Below are positions 10,305-20,693 of a stretch of 32,000 bases of DNA, one piece after another. The stretch's first letter is position 1; each line of letters begins with the position of its first letter. The DNA is taken from positions 1,590,001 through 1,622,000 of the forward strand of contig NC_014972.1 of assembly GCF_000186885.1 (NCBI RefSeq), given 5' to 3'. The position numbers and the translations under genes were made by a program. This stretch comes from Desulfobulbus propionicus DSM 2032. Lineage in GTDB: Bacteria > Desulfobacterota > Desulfobulbia > Desulfobulbales > Desulfobulbaceae. The notes beneath the pieces were generated by a model. It searched no databases. It was not told the origin of the DNA and saw only the letters and a program-made list of their open reading frames with translations.

Positions 10305-10380
10305 TGGTGGGCGAAACAGGGATCGAACCTGTGACCCTCGGCTTGTAAGGCCGATGCTCTCCCAGCTGAGCTATTCGCCC
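10305..10380 (-). tRNA. tRNA-Val (anticodon TAC)
   Basis: Reverse complement GGGCGAATAGCTCAGCTGGGAGAGCATCGGCCTTACAAGCCGAGGGTCACAGGTTCGATCCCTGTTTCGCCCACCA. Anticodon loop CTTACAA. CCA encoded. Confidence 0.92.
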
Positions 10381-10395
10381 CAAAGCGTGACGGTC

Positions 10396-10424
10396 TATTT
10401 AGCCGATGAAGCCTTGGCCGTCAA
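10396..10424 (-). promoter_or_regulatory. Sigma-70-type promoter for the tRNA-Val/Asp operon (TTGACG-N17-TAAATA)
   Basis: Minus strand: TTGACG (10424-10419), a 17-nt spacer, then TAAATA (10401-10396). The -10 element ends 15 nt before the tRNA 5' end. Confidence 0.55.
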
Positions 10425-10472
10425 GCAAAAAACATCACTTTCGTTGTTGAGCAAATCATAGCGGTGTGATGG

Positions 10473-13400
10473 ATGTTCGGCATGGAAAACGCCTTTCGCC
10501 GCGCGTCGCGGAGGCGAGCAGGGTTCAACGGCTCCCGCGGAGCGGTCGAACAGGCAACGGCACCGGATGTCGTTCCATATTCGATGTTTACAATACCTGT
10601 TCGTCTCGGTATTATGGCGCCGTTCTTTGAGTCCGGGCAGCATGGATGCGCCCCGGTCAGCGTCGCGACACGCCTCCGGCATCCGTTCAAACAATCCGCT
10701 CGCTCTGGCGGCACTTTTTCATCGGCATCCGCAGTGCAAACCGAGAACCCAACGAGACCGTGCCCTCCGTTTGAATGCTCCGCCGACACAGGGGACGAGA
10801 GGTGCTATCGTCAACATTTTCTTCGTCAGGACGCGCTGGCCCTGCTCGTTCTCATTGGGTTGGTGATGGTCTTCAGCCTCCTGTGTCTTCGAGCTGATTA
10901 TCTGTTTCTTCGTGGTGATGCCGCCTTTGTCCTGGTGCTGTCGGTTCGTCTGGGGGTAATTGGATTTTCCGCCTGGACAATGGCGGTCATCCTGCGGACC
11001 AAGGAACCCCGACAACTGGACCGCTGGTCGTTTGCGTGGGGGGGGACCTGCGCCCTGGCCCATCATCTGATCGTGTTTTTCCTGCCGGCCGTGTATACCG
11101 GGTATGTCGTGGTGGACCTGCTGATGATCGTTGCCTGGTACTCGGTGCAACCCTGCCTTTCCGTTCGGGGCGTGGCTCCAGCCGTCCTGTACACCCTGGG
11201 CAGCCTCTATCTTTTTTTCAGCGTCAAGGCTGCCATGGGATTCGTGGCTTCCCTGTCGACGGTAACCGCGTATGCCGGCGCCAATACCATAGGCTGGATT
11301 GTTTCCGCCAACTGGCACCGCTACCGGAAGTCGTCCTTTCTGGCCCGGCAAACCCTGGAGCAGCTTTATCGCGCCTCGGAGGAACGCCGTCGCGCAGCCG
11401 AGTCGGCCGAGCAGGCATGGGTACGGATCATCGACACGTCCGAGAATCTGCTCTTTGTCATTGATCGAACCTTCCGGATTCTCAGGGTCAACCTGGCCTT
11501 TGCCCGGCGGCTTGGCATCAGCAAGGAGGAGGTGGTCGGCCGGCGCTGTTACGAGCTCTTGTGCCGGCACCGCGAACCGCTGCCGTCCTGTCCACTGCAT
11601 GCCATCATCCTGGACCATCAGCCGCGCACGGTGGAAACGATCCTGCCGCCATGGAATTTCGATTGCCGGATGATGGCGGCACCTCTGCTTGACGCCTCCG
11701 GCCAGCACGAGGCCACGGTGTTCATAATTCAGGATATCAGCGAGCACAAACGTTCGGAGCGGGAGTTGCGCGCCGCACGGGAGCAGTATCAATCCCTGGT
11801 GCAGAACAGTCACGGCATCATCTACACGATCAGCCCGCACGGCGTGGTCACCTATGTATCGCCCGGCTATACCAAACTGCTCGGCCATGAGCCGGATCAC
11901 ATTGTCGGCAAGCATTTCCGGGAGATCGTCCATCCCGACGATGTCGCTCTGTGCGAGGATTTTTATCGCGAGGTATGGGAACACGGCGAGATTCGCCGGG
12001 GCCTCGAATACCGGATACCGCATCGTGACGGCTCCATCCGTTGGCACCTCTCCAACTTCATCCCCCTGACCAATGAAGAGGGAGAGATTGAATCCTTTGT
12101 CGGCAACGCCATGGATATCACGGAACAGAAACAGCATCAGGCCGAGCTGCAGGCTGCCCGAGAAGCGGCGGAGGCCGCCAGTCGGGCCAAGTCCGATTTT
12201 CTTGCCCTGATCAGCCACGAGATCCGTACGCCGCTGAACGCCATTGTCGGCTTCAGCGCCCTGGCGAGGCGGACCGCCGATGGCGTGCAGCTGCGTGAAT
12301 ATGTCGACATCCTCGATCAGTCTTCCCGACTGCTGATGGATTTGGTCAACGATGTCCTGGATATGTCGAAGGTCGAGGCCGGCCAGTTGCAGCTTGAGTC
12401 CATCCCGTTCAATCTGCCCGAAGCTGTGGACCTGCTCCAATGGCAGTTTGCCCCGGTGGCTGCCCGGAAACAACTCGATTTCCAGGTGATCAGGGAGGAG
12501 ACGTTACCTCCCTGGATTCAGGGCGATCCCATCCGGTTCCGGCAGATTGCCTCCAACCTGCTCAGCAATGCCATGAAATTCACCGAAAGCGGCTGCGTGC
12601 TTCTGCGGGTCACGGCCCAGGATCAGGCTCCGGGCGTCGAAGGACGGTGCCTGGTGCGGCTGGAGGTGCGGGACACGGGCATTGGCATTGAAGCGCGGCA
12701 AATCGCCTCGCTGTTTCAACCATTTCAACAGCTCGATCCCGGTATATCCAGAAAATACGGGGGAACCGGTTTGGGCTTGGCGATTGTTCACCGGTTGGTT
12801 GAATTGATGCAGGGGCGGGTGGAGGTGGCCAGCACCCCTGGGACAGGCAGCAGCTTTACCGTGGAGCTGCCGTTTGTGCTCAGCTCGCCGCCCCAGTACG
12901 AACGGATGGCCGCCCCCCCGATTGTCCCTCTCACCATCCTGGTGATCGAGGATAATGTTTTCAACCGGCGACTGCTCCATGACACGCTTTCCTCCTGGGG
13001 GCATAAGGTCTGCGAGGCGGCAAGCGCCTTGCAGGCCATGGAGTTGCTCGACACGGGGCGATACGACTGCATTGTCCTCGATGTGCGCATGCCGGAAATC
13101 GATGGGGTGGAGTTGGCCGTGCGCCTGCGGCAGCTGGAGCGTTTGTGTCGTCTTGCGCCAACCCCGATCATCGCCTACACGGCGGATACCGAGGGAGAAA
13201 CCCGCAAACGGTGTTTGGCCGCGGGGATGCAGGCTGTTTTGTTCAAACCCCTGGACCCGCAGCTGTTGGCCCTGGCCATTGGCGAACACTGCGGGCCATT
13301 GGCGTCAACCGCGCAGCCCCCAGCCTCGGCGCCGGCATCGACCTATGGACTGCGCGAGCGTATCGTGGCTGACATGGGGCACGATACACAGCGGATGGCC

Positions 13401-13658
13401 GCTTATTTTCAGTTGTTGTGGGATGACATCGGCAATGAACTGAACCGCCTGGATCAGGCCGTCCTGCTTGAAGACCGCAAGCTTTTTCAAGAGGCCGCGC
13501 ATAGTTTGAAGGGTCTGTGCGGCTATTTACAGGACAGAGGTCCCGAGGAAGCGGCCGTGGCGCTGCATGACGGCGCATGGACCTTGCCGCTGCAGGAGAT
13601 GCACGGTTTGGTGAAACAGCTGCGCGCGCTGTGCGTCCGCCCCGTCTTGCCCGCTTGA
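10473..13658 (+). CDS. Unorthodox hybrid sensor histidine kinase (membrane sensor, 2x PAS, HisKA, HATPase_c, REC, Hpt)
   Basis: Multi-TM region (~aa 115-290). Two PAS-like segments. H-box SDFLALISHEIRTPLNAI. ATPase G-boxes (RDTGIGI, GGTGLGLAIV). Receiver (ILVIEDN...LDVRMPEIDG...FKP). C-terminal Hpt (AHSLKGLCGYL). The start is uncertain: in-frame ATGs at 10473, 10482, 10584 and 10614, none with a good SD. Confidence 0.85.
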   Translation: MFGMENAFRRASRRRAGFNGSRGAVEQATAPDVVPYSMFTIPVRLGIMAPFFESGQHGCAPVSVATRLRHPFKQSARSGGTFSSASAVQTENPTRPCPPFECSADTGDERCYRQHFLRQDALALLVLIGLVMVFSLLCLRADYLFLRGDAAFVLVLSVRLGVIGFSAWTMAVILRTKEPRQLDRWSFAWGGTCALAHHLIVFFLPAVYTGYVVVDLLMIVAWYSVQPCLSVRGVAPAVLYTLGSLYLFFSVKAAMGFVASLSTVTAYAGANTIGWIVSANWHRYRKSSFLARQTLEQLYRASEERRRAAESAEQAWVRIIDTSENLLFVIDRTFRILRVNLAFARRLGISKEEVVGRRCYELLCRHREPLPSCPLHAIILDHQPRTVETILPPWNFDCRMMAAPLLDASGQHEATVFIIQDISEHKRSERELRAAREQYQSLVQNSHGIIYTISPHGVVTYVSPGYTKLLGHEPDHIVGKHFREIVHPDDVALCEDFYREVWEHGEIRRGLEYRIPHRDGSIRWHLSNFIPLTNEEGEIESFVGNAMDITEQKQHQAELQAAREAAEAASRAKSDFLALISHEIRTPLNAIVGFSALARRTADGVQLREYVDILDQSSRLLMDLVNDVLDMSKVEAGQLQLESIPFNLPEAVDLLQWQFAPVAARKQLDFQVIREETLPPWIQGDPIRFRQIASNLLSNAMKFTESGCVLLRVTAQDQAPGVEGRCLVRLEVRDTGIGIEARQIASLFQPFQQLDPGISRKYGGTGLGLAIVHRLVELMQGRVEVASTPGTGSSFTVELPFVLSSPPQYERMAAPPIVPLTILVIEDNVFNRRLLHDTLSSWGHKVCEAASALQAMELLDTGRYDCIVLDVRMPEIDGVELAVRLRQLERLCRLAPTPIIAYTADTEGETRKRCLAAGMQAVLFKPLDPQLLALAIGEHCGPLASTAQPPASAPASTYGLRERIVADMGHDTQRMAAYFQLLWDDIGNELNRLDQAVLLEDRKLFQEAAHSLKGLCGYLQDRGPEEAAVALHDGAWTLPLQEMHGLVKQLRALCVRPVLPA

Positions 13659-13675
13659 GCGAAGGAAAACAAATC

Positions 13676-15028
<1,353 letters not shown>

Positions 15029-15041
15029 TTGATGTTTGGAT

Positions 15042-15085
15042 TGTCCCGAATGGGACATTTTGTCTTGGGATGGACAATTTGTCTT
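15042..15085. promoter_or_regulatory. Putative enhancer (UAS): TGTC-N8-GACA palindromes and TGTCYY half-sites with 19-bp phasing
   Basis: Perfect palindrome TGTCCCGAATGGGACA (15042-15057). Imperfect TGTCTTGGGATGGACA (15061-15076). A further half-site TGTCTT at 15080-15085. The array lies 75-90 bp upstream of the -24 element, and an AT-rich tract (15106-15129) sits between them. Confidence 0.6.
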
Positions 15086-15128
15086 GCTTGGCTTGGATAT
15101 ATCTCTTTGAAATAAGATAATATTTTTT

Positions 15129-15146
15129 TAGGCACGCATCCTGCTT
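15129..15146 (+). promoter_or_regulatory. Sigma-54 (-24/-12) promoter
   Basis: TAGGCACGCATCCTGCTT against the consensus TGGCACG-N4-TTGCW. GG is at 15131-15132 and GC at 15143-15144, which is the exact GG-N10-GC spacing. It sits directly downstream of a sigma-54 activator gene and its candidate UAS. Confidence 0.75.
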
Positions 15147-15228
15147 CAAGCTCTCAATCCGGGGCATTTTGTCCCTTGGATGTCTTCGCGGGAACAATTC
15201 CATCCATCGGTACACAGGGGAGGGGGGT

Positions 15229-15453
15229 ATGTCGCAGCGAGCCGTTGAACATTGTATTGGCCGCCTGATCACCGACGATCAATTCCGCCGTATGGCCGGC
15301 GTGTCGCTTTCGCGGGCCTGTCTTCAAGCCGGTATCGACCTGACGCCCGCGGAAATCAACCTGCTCTCCCTGCTGGACCTCGGCTCCCTCGCCCAGGTCA
15401 GTCTCTGTCTCGACCCTGGCCTCCATCGGACCGCACGTCGTGTCGGCCAATAA
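15229..15453 (+). CDS. 74-aa protein resembling NHLP/Nif11-type RiPP leader domains (Os_1348-like NHLP-clan protein); no core peptide
   Basis: ATG at 15229 with GGAGG 5 nt upstream. The sequence MSQRAVEHCIGRLITDDQFRR...DLTPAEINLLSLLDLGSLAQVSLCLD follows the pattern I remember for stand-alone NHLP-clan proteins (S..ALE..IGR...D..FR ... LT.EE...L...D...L......LD). The family assignment is from memory, not a search. Confidence 0.6.
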   Translation: MSQRAVEHCIGRLITDDQFRRMAGVSLSRACLQAGIDLTPAEINLLSLLDLGSLAQVSLCLDPGLHRTARRVGQ

Positions 15454-15556
15454 CGATTCCCGTGTCGGCGGTGAAGAACCGGAGAACGACGGCCGTGCCG
15501 AGCGCGGAGCCGCCGCCTGGTGGGAACGCGGCCTCTTGTCGCTCTTCCCTCCGAGG

Positions 15557-18430
15557 ATGCCCATCCGATGGCATTTTGTCGGCCTCTTTTCCCTGACCAC
15601 CGCCTGTATCCTGATTTTGTCCGGCCTGCTGATCTATTCGGTCGTCTATGAGAACATGCGGCGCAACATGATGGAGAAGCTCGCCGGGTCCACCGTTGCG
15701 ATCAAGGACGTGGTCGAACAGGCGGCGCAACTCGCCGTTCGCAGCCATTTGCAGGCGATCGCCCACATGAACATCGACATGCTTGACGGCTTGGAACGGC
15801 AGGTGCATGAGGGCCGATTGAGCCGGGATGCGGCCATGCAGCTGGCCAAGGAGCGCTTGCTGACGCAGCATGTCGGCGAGCGGGGGTATGTGGCGGCCAT
15901 GACAGGCGCAGGCTCGATGGTGGCCCATTCCCAAGCCCCGAACATTTCCACCGGTCCATCGCTTTCGCCCCATCTCCGGCAACAGGTGACCCTGAAAAAC
16001 GGCTACCTGGAGCAGGAATGGCAAGCCGCCGATGAGGCGGCGGCCAGCGCCAAGGGGGTCTATCTGGCCTACTTTCAACCGTGGGACTGGATCATTGCCG
16101 TTGTCGGTGTGAAGCACGAGTTCACCGTGCTCCTCGATGATCTTCGTCACGGGTTGCGTTCCCAGCATTTCGGCAACACCGGGTACGCCTTCATCGTCAA
16201 CAGCCAGGGGGACATCATTCTTCACCCTTGGCTGATCGGCAATGTGCACCGTTTGTCCAACCAGGTTGCTCGAGAGGTGTTCACGCGGATCCTCTCGATG
16301 AAAAATGGGCAATTCAGCTACCTGTGGGACGAGGAAAACGGGATGGATAAGAAGAAAAAAATCATCTTTTTCAACCATATTCCCGCAATTGACTGGATCG
16401 TGGCCTCGACCGTGTACGAGGAGGAGATGTTTGAACCCTTGACCCGGCTGGGGTGGATCATCCTGATCATTGTCTGTGGCGCCATGGGCATGGTGGTGCC
16501 GTTGTGCCTGTACCTCGGCAGCCTGATGACCCGGCCGCTTGCCCGCCTGGCCGAACAGATGCACCGCGCCGCCGAAGGCGAGATCAGCATCCGCGCCGAA
16601 GAGGACGCCTTGGGGGAGATCGGCCTGGTGGGGCATCATTTCAACCGTTATCTCGAACGGTTGCGGCAGTCGAACGAGAAAATTTTGACCGAGATTCGGG
16701 AGCGCATTCAGGCGGAACAGCAGTTGATGCTCTATCACAAGGCCTTTGAACACGCCCTGGAAGGGATTGGCATAACCGATCAGGAGGGAACACTGGTCGC
16801 CGTCAATCAGGCCTTTTGCGACATCACCGGCTACAGCCAGCCGGAACTCCTTGGGCGCAACATGCGGCTGCTGAAGTCCCACCGTCAGGACCAGTCGTTT
16901 TACCGGCAGATGTGGACCAGCCTGCGGACCACGGGCCGGTGGACCGGAGAGATCTGGAACAGGCGCAAAAACGGGGAAATCTATCCGGAAATCCTGAGCA
17001 TCAGCACCATCTACGACGAGCGTCGGGCGGTCGCCCACCATGTGGCCGTGTTCCACGACATCACCGAGATGAAGCGGCAGGAAGAGCAAATCATCCATCA
17101 GGCCTACCACGACATGCTCACCGGCCTGCCCAACCGCCTCCTGGCCAACGACCGGATCGAGGTGTCCATCGCCCATGCCAGGCGTAGCGGCAGTAAGTTG
17201 GCGGTGCTGTTCCTCGATCTGGACAACTTCAAGAACACCAATGACAGCCTGGGCCACGAGTGGGGCGATAAACTCCTGCTGGGCGTAGCCAACCGCTTGG
17301 TGTCCCAGGTACGGGAGGAGGATACCGTGGCCCGCCTCGGCGGCGATGAATTTCTTATCCTGGTGGCCGCCCTTGCCTCGGAAGAAGTGGTGATCGATTT
17401 GGCCAAACGGCTGCTGCGCAGTCTGGCCGCGCCGTTCAACATCGACGATACCGAGCTGTTCGTCACCGTCAGCATCGGCGTGGCCTTTTTCCCCGAGGAC
17501 GGGAGCAGCGCCGGCATCCTGACCAAACATGCCGATATTGCCATGTACGAGGCCAAGGCGAGGGGGAAAAACAGGTATTGCCTGTTCACCTCCGACCTGA
17601 GCGAGCGGATCGTTTTCCTCCGCCAACTGGAGAACAACCTCCGTCAGGCCGTGGGCAACCGCGAGTTCACCGTGTTCTTCCAACCCAAGATCGACCCGGT
17701 CAACGGGACGATGACCGGGGCCGAGGCCCTGGTACGCTGGCGGAAGGAGGACGGCACCATCGTCAATCCAGCCGATTTCATCCCGCTGGCCGAGGAAACC
17801 GGCCTGATCATTCCCCTGGGGGAACAGGTGCTGGAGCAGGCCTGTCACATGCTCACTATCCTGGAGCGTTTGGGCCGGCCGGAACTGTCCATCGCGGTCA
17901 ATCTGTCGCCGCTGCAGTTTGTGCAAAACAATCTGGTCGAGCGAATCCTGGCCATGCTGGACCGGCATGGAATCGCCCATGACCGGCTCGAACTGGAGAT
18001 CACCGAAACCGCGATGATGACCAATCTGGCCAAAACCGTCGATACCCTCAATCAACTGGCAGGTGCCGGCATCGCCATTGCCGTGGACGATTTCGGCACC
18101 GGCTATTCCTCGCTTTCCTATCTCAAGCGGTTTCCCATTCGCACCCTGAAAATCGATCGCTCCTTTATCCGTGATCTGACCCGCGACCCCAGCGACGACC
18201 AACTGGTGGAAACCATCATTCTCATGGCGCACAATCTGGGGATCCACGTGGTTGCCGAGGGGGTCGAATCCGCCGAGCAGCTCGAATGGCTCAAGCAGCG
18301 ACGCTGCGAACAGATTCAAGGCTATGTGTGCAGCCGGCCCTTGCCCCACGAAGCGTTCCTCGCCTTTATCGAACGGTCCGTCCCTGTGCCGGGAAACCGG
18401 GGAAACACGATCCTGGAACGATCCGACTGA
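15557..18430 (+). CDS. Membrane sensor c-di-GMP turnover protein (Cache-like periplasmic domain, HAMP, PAS, GGDEF, EAL)
   Basis: TM helix, then a Cache-like region (GYAFIVNSQGDIILHP, IDWIVASTVYEEEMF), a second TM and HAMP. PAS (GIGITDQEGTLVAVNQAFCDITGY). GGDEF with intact RLGGDEF and an RxxD I-site (REED) 5 residues upstream. EAL with EALVRW, ELEITE, DDFGTGYSSL, KIDRSF and QGY. The start is uncertain: ATG 15557 (SD abuts the ATG), TTG 15536, or GTG 15440 overlapping the previous stop. Confidence 0.88.
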   Translation: MPIRWHFVGLFSLTTACILILSGLLIYSVVYENMRRNMMEKLAGSTVAIKDVVEQAAQLAVRSHLQAIAHMNIDMLDGLERQVHEGRLSRDAAMQLAKERLLTQHVGERGYVAAMTGAGSMVAHSQAPNISTGPSLSPHLRQQVTLKNGYLEQEWQAADEAAASAKGVYLAYFQPWDWIIAVVGVKHEFTVLLDDLRHGLRSQHFGNTGYAFIVNSQGDIILHPWLIGNVHRLSNQVAREVFTRILSMKNGQFSYLWDEENGMDKKKKIIFFNHIPAIDWIVASTVYEEEMFEPLTRLGWIILIIVCGAMGMVVPLCLYLGSLMTRPLARLAEQMHRAAEGEISIRAEEDALGEIGLVGHHFNRYLERLRQSNEKILTEIRERIQAEQQLMLYHKAFEHALEGIGITDQEGTLVAVNQAFCDITGYSQPELLGRNMRLLKSHRQDQSFYRQMWTSLRTTGRWTGEIWNRRKNGEIYPEILSISTIYDERRAVAHHVAVFHDITEMKRQEEQIIHQAYHDMLTGLPNRLLANDRIEVSIAHARRSGSKLAVLFLDLDNFKNTNDSLGHEWGDKLLLGVANRLVSQVREEDTVARLGGDEFLILVAALASEEVVIDLAKRLLRSLAAPFNIDDTELFVTVSIGVAFFPEDGSSAGILTKHADIAMYEAKARGKNRYCLFTSDLSERIVFLRQLENNLRQAVGNREFTVFFQPKIDPVNGTMTGAEALVRWRKEDGTIVNPADFIPLAEETGLIIPLGEQVLEQACHMLTILERLGRPELSIAVNLSPLQFVQNNLVERILAMLDRHGIAHDRLELEITETAMMTNLAKTVDTLNQLAGAGIAIAVDDFGTGYSSLSYLKRFPIRTLKIDRSFIRDLTRDPSDDQLVETIILMAHNLGIHVVAEGVESAEQLEWLKQRRCEQIQGYVCSRPLPHEAFLAFIERSVPVPGNRGNTILERSD

Positions 18431-18487
18431 ATGGTTGTCCCGCGGCGCAGCGCGTCATCCCATCTCACCCTAACTCAAGGAGGAAAA

Positions 18488-20485
18488 ATGAACATTCGAT
18501 CCATTGGTTTTCGGCTCATTGTCGGTGGCTGCCTGGCGGTGGCCCTGCCGCTTGCCGTTGTCGGCTATCTCGCGGTGTCGAAGTCCTCGACCGCGTTGAG
18601 CGATATCGCCCGAAACAACGCGGCGTCCCAGGCGCAGAAGTTGGCCACGGTTATCGAGGCCACCTTGGATGCCCAGGCGAAAACCGCGGCCGCGCACGCG
18701 GTCGACACCAATGTCCGCTTGATCGGCCAGAAGGTCAAGGAAGCGGGCCTGGAAGGGGCGGCAACCGATATCGCCCAGCTTCGGCAACAGATGAAGGACA
18801 AGTTCAAACAGCTGGACAGCAGTTATTTGGGCATCTTCGTCACCGATGCCAAGGGCTACATGTATACCGGTGAGTTGGCCAGCGGCGAGGAGTATAAGGG
18901 GGTCAACCTGGCGGACATGGACTATTTCCAAAAGGCCAAGAACAGTGGCAAGGCGGTGGTCGGCGACGTGGTCTACTCCAAGGTCACCAACGATGTCATT
19001 TATGTGCTCTGCGCGCCGATCTTTTCCTATACGGGCGAGTTTCTCGGTATTTTCGGTTTGTCGCTCAAGGCCCAGCCGCTGATGAGCCACGTGGCCACAG
19101 TCAAGGTCGGCAACTCCGGCTACGCCTTCATGTGCGACCAGAACGGCTTGATCATCGCCCATCCCAAGAAGGAGCTGGAGATGAAGCTCGACCTCAAGAC
19201 CCTGGCCGACATGGACAAGATCACCAAGGCGATGATGGCCGGGGAGCAGGGAGCGCGGGACTATATTTTCCAGGGCGTGCCGAAGATTGCCGGGTTCGCG
19301 CCGGTGCCCCTCAAGGGATGGAGCATCGCCGTCACCCAGGATGAGGCGGAGTTTTTGGCTGCTGCCAATTCGATCAGAAACAGCATCCTGTTGATCACCC
19401 TGGTGGCGGTGGCCTTGGTGTGCGGACTGGTGCTGCTCTTTTCCCGCAGCATCACCGTGCCGCTGAAGAACGCGGTCGAGGGACTGAAGGATATCGCCCA
19501 GGGAGAAGGAGATCTGACCATGCGCCTGCGGGTCAATTCCCGCGACGAGATCGGCGAACTGGCCCGCTGGTTCAACCTCTTTATCGAGAAACTGCAGGGC
19601 ATTGTCGGTGAAATTGCCGGCAACACCCGATCCATCGACGCCTCGTCCAACGACCTCGCCCGGATTGCCGCCGATCTCTCCAGCAGTTCCGAGGACACCT
19701 CGCAGCGGGCCGACAGCGTGGCCGCCGCCGCCGAGGAGATGACGGTCAATCTCAACAACGTGGCCGCAGCCATGGAACAGTCCACCACCAATACCTCGAT
19801 GGTGGCCAGCGCCGCCGAGGAGATGACCGCCACCATCGGCGAGATCGCCAACAACGCCCAGAAGGCCCACACCATTTCCCTGGCCGCGGTCGAGCAGGCC
19901 GGTTCGACCTCCTTGAAGATGGCCGAGCTGGGCAAGGCCGCCCAGGCGATCGGCAGGGTCACCGAAGCGATCACCGAGATCTCCGAGCAGACCAACCTGC
20001 TGGCGCTGAACGCCACCATCGAGGCGGCCCGGGCCGGCGAAGCGGGCAAGGGATTCGCGGTGGTGGCCAACGAAATCAAGGAACTGGCCAAACAGACCGC
20101 CGTCGCCACCCAGGACATCAAGCAACAGATCGGCGAGGTCCAGGACACCACATCGACCACGGTCACCGAGATCAACCAGATTTCCGAGGTCATCAACAAT
20201 ATCAACGAAATCGTGGCGGTGATCTCCACCGCGGTGGACGAGCAGCGATCGGCCACCCAGGAGATCGCCAACAATATCGCCCAGGCCTCCCAGGGGATGA
20301 ACGAGGTCAACGAGAATGTCAGCCAGAGTTCCCTGGTGGCGGCCTCGATCACCAAGGACATCAGCACGGTCAATGGCGCGTCAGCCGAGATTTCCAGCAA
20401 CAGCCAGCAGGTGAAGACCAGCGCCGACGATCTGCAGCGGTTGGCCGCCACCCTCAAGGCTATTGTCGATGGATTCAAAATCTGA
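18488..20485 (+). CDS. Methyl-accepting chemotaxis protein (dCache_1 sensor, HAMP, MCP signalling domain)
   Basis: ATG at 18488 with AAGGAGG SD. TM1, then a Cache region ([33 protein letters not shown]) and TM2. HAMP ([17 protein letters not shown]). Conserved hairpin tip [35 protein letters not shown]. Confidence 0.92.
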   Translation: MNIRSIGFRLIVGGCLAVALPLAVVGYLAVSKSSTALSDIARNNAASQAQKLATVIEATLDAQAKTAAAHAVDTNVRLIGQKVKEAGLEGAATDIAQLRQQMKDKFKQLDSSYLGIFVTDAKGYMYTGELASGEEYKGVNLADMDYFQKAKNSGKAVVGDVVYSKVTNDVIYVLCAPIFSYTGEFLGIFGLSLKAQPLMSHVATVKVGNSGYAFMCDQNGLIIAHPKKELEMKLDLKTLADMDKITKAMMAGEQGARDYIFQGVPKIAGFAPVPLKGWSIAVTQDEAEFLAAANSIRNSILLITLVAVALVCGLVLLFSRSITVPLKNAVEGLKDIAQGEGDLTMRLRVNSRDEIGELARWFNLFIEKLQGIVGEIAGNTRSIDASSNDLARIAADLSSSSEDTSQRADSVAAAAEEMTVNLNNVAAAMEQSTTNTSMVASAAEEMTATIGEIANNAQKAHTISLAAVEQAGSTSLKMAELGKAAQAIGRVTEAITEISEQTNLLALNATIEAARAGEAGKGFAVVANEIKELAKQTAVATQDIKQQIGEVQDTTSTTVTEINQISEVINNINEIVAVISTAVDEQRSATQEIANNIAQASQGMNEVNENVSQSSLVAASITKDISTVNGASAEISSNSQQVKTSADDLQRLAATLKAIVDGFKI

Positions 20486-20693
20486 CCAATTGCCCCTGGT
20501 CGGTGCCGATCGATGAGCAGGGTTTCTAACCTCGGCGTGCGAGGTCTTCGGCGCTACGGCGGTGAAAACGAAGCGTGGAAGACCGGTTGTGCCGAAGAAG
20601 CAGGGCGGCCGCCGGGAGGTACGGCGGCCGTTGTCCGCAAGGCCAGCCGGGCCGGAGCGTCCCTGCGGCGTCACCCGGGGGGAGAACGAACCA

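Noticed and set aside
15041-15047. The shared heptamer TTGTCCC at 15041, 15169 and 29631 as evidence that the sigma-54 activator also controls ccpA.
   Set aside because: A 7-mer is expected several times by chance in 32 kb on two strands. The palindrome geometries also differ (N8 versus N4 spacing between TGTC and GACA).
15229-15453. A RiPP biosynthetic gene cluster around the NHLP-like ORF.
   Set aside because: No core peptide region, no Gly-Gly cleavage motif, and no modification enzyme, protease or exporter gene anywhere in the window. It is treated instead as an orphan leader-like protein.
15398-18349. 983-aa minus-strand ORF antisense to the GGDEF-EAL gene. Similar antisense ORFs occur at 10719..12473, 13838..14893, 18470..20125, 19261..20478 and 22992..24143.
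   Set aside because: They mirror confidently assigned signalling proteins on the + strand. They have no start context or domain motifs. This is a GC-rich antisense artefact.
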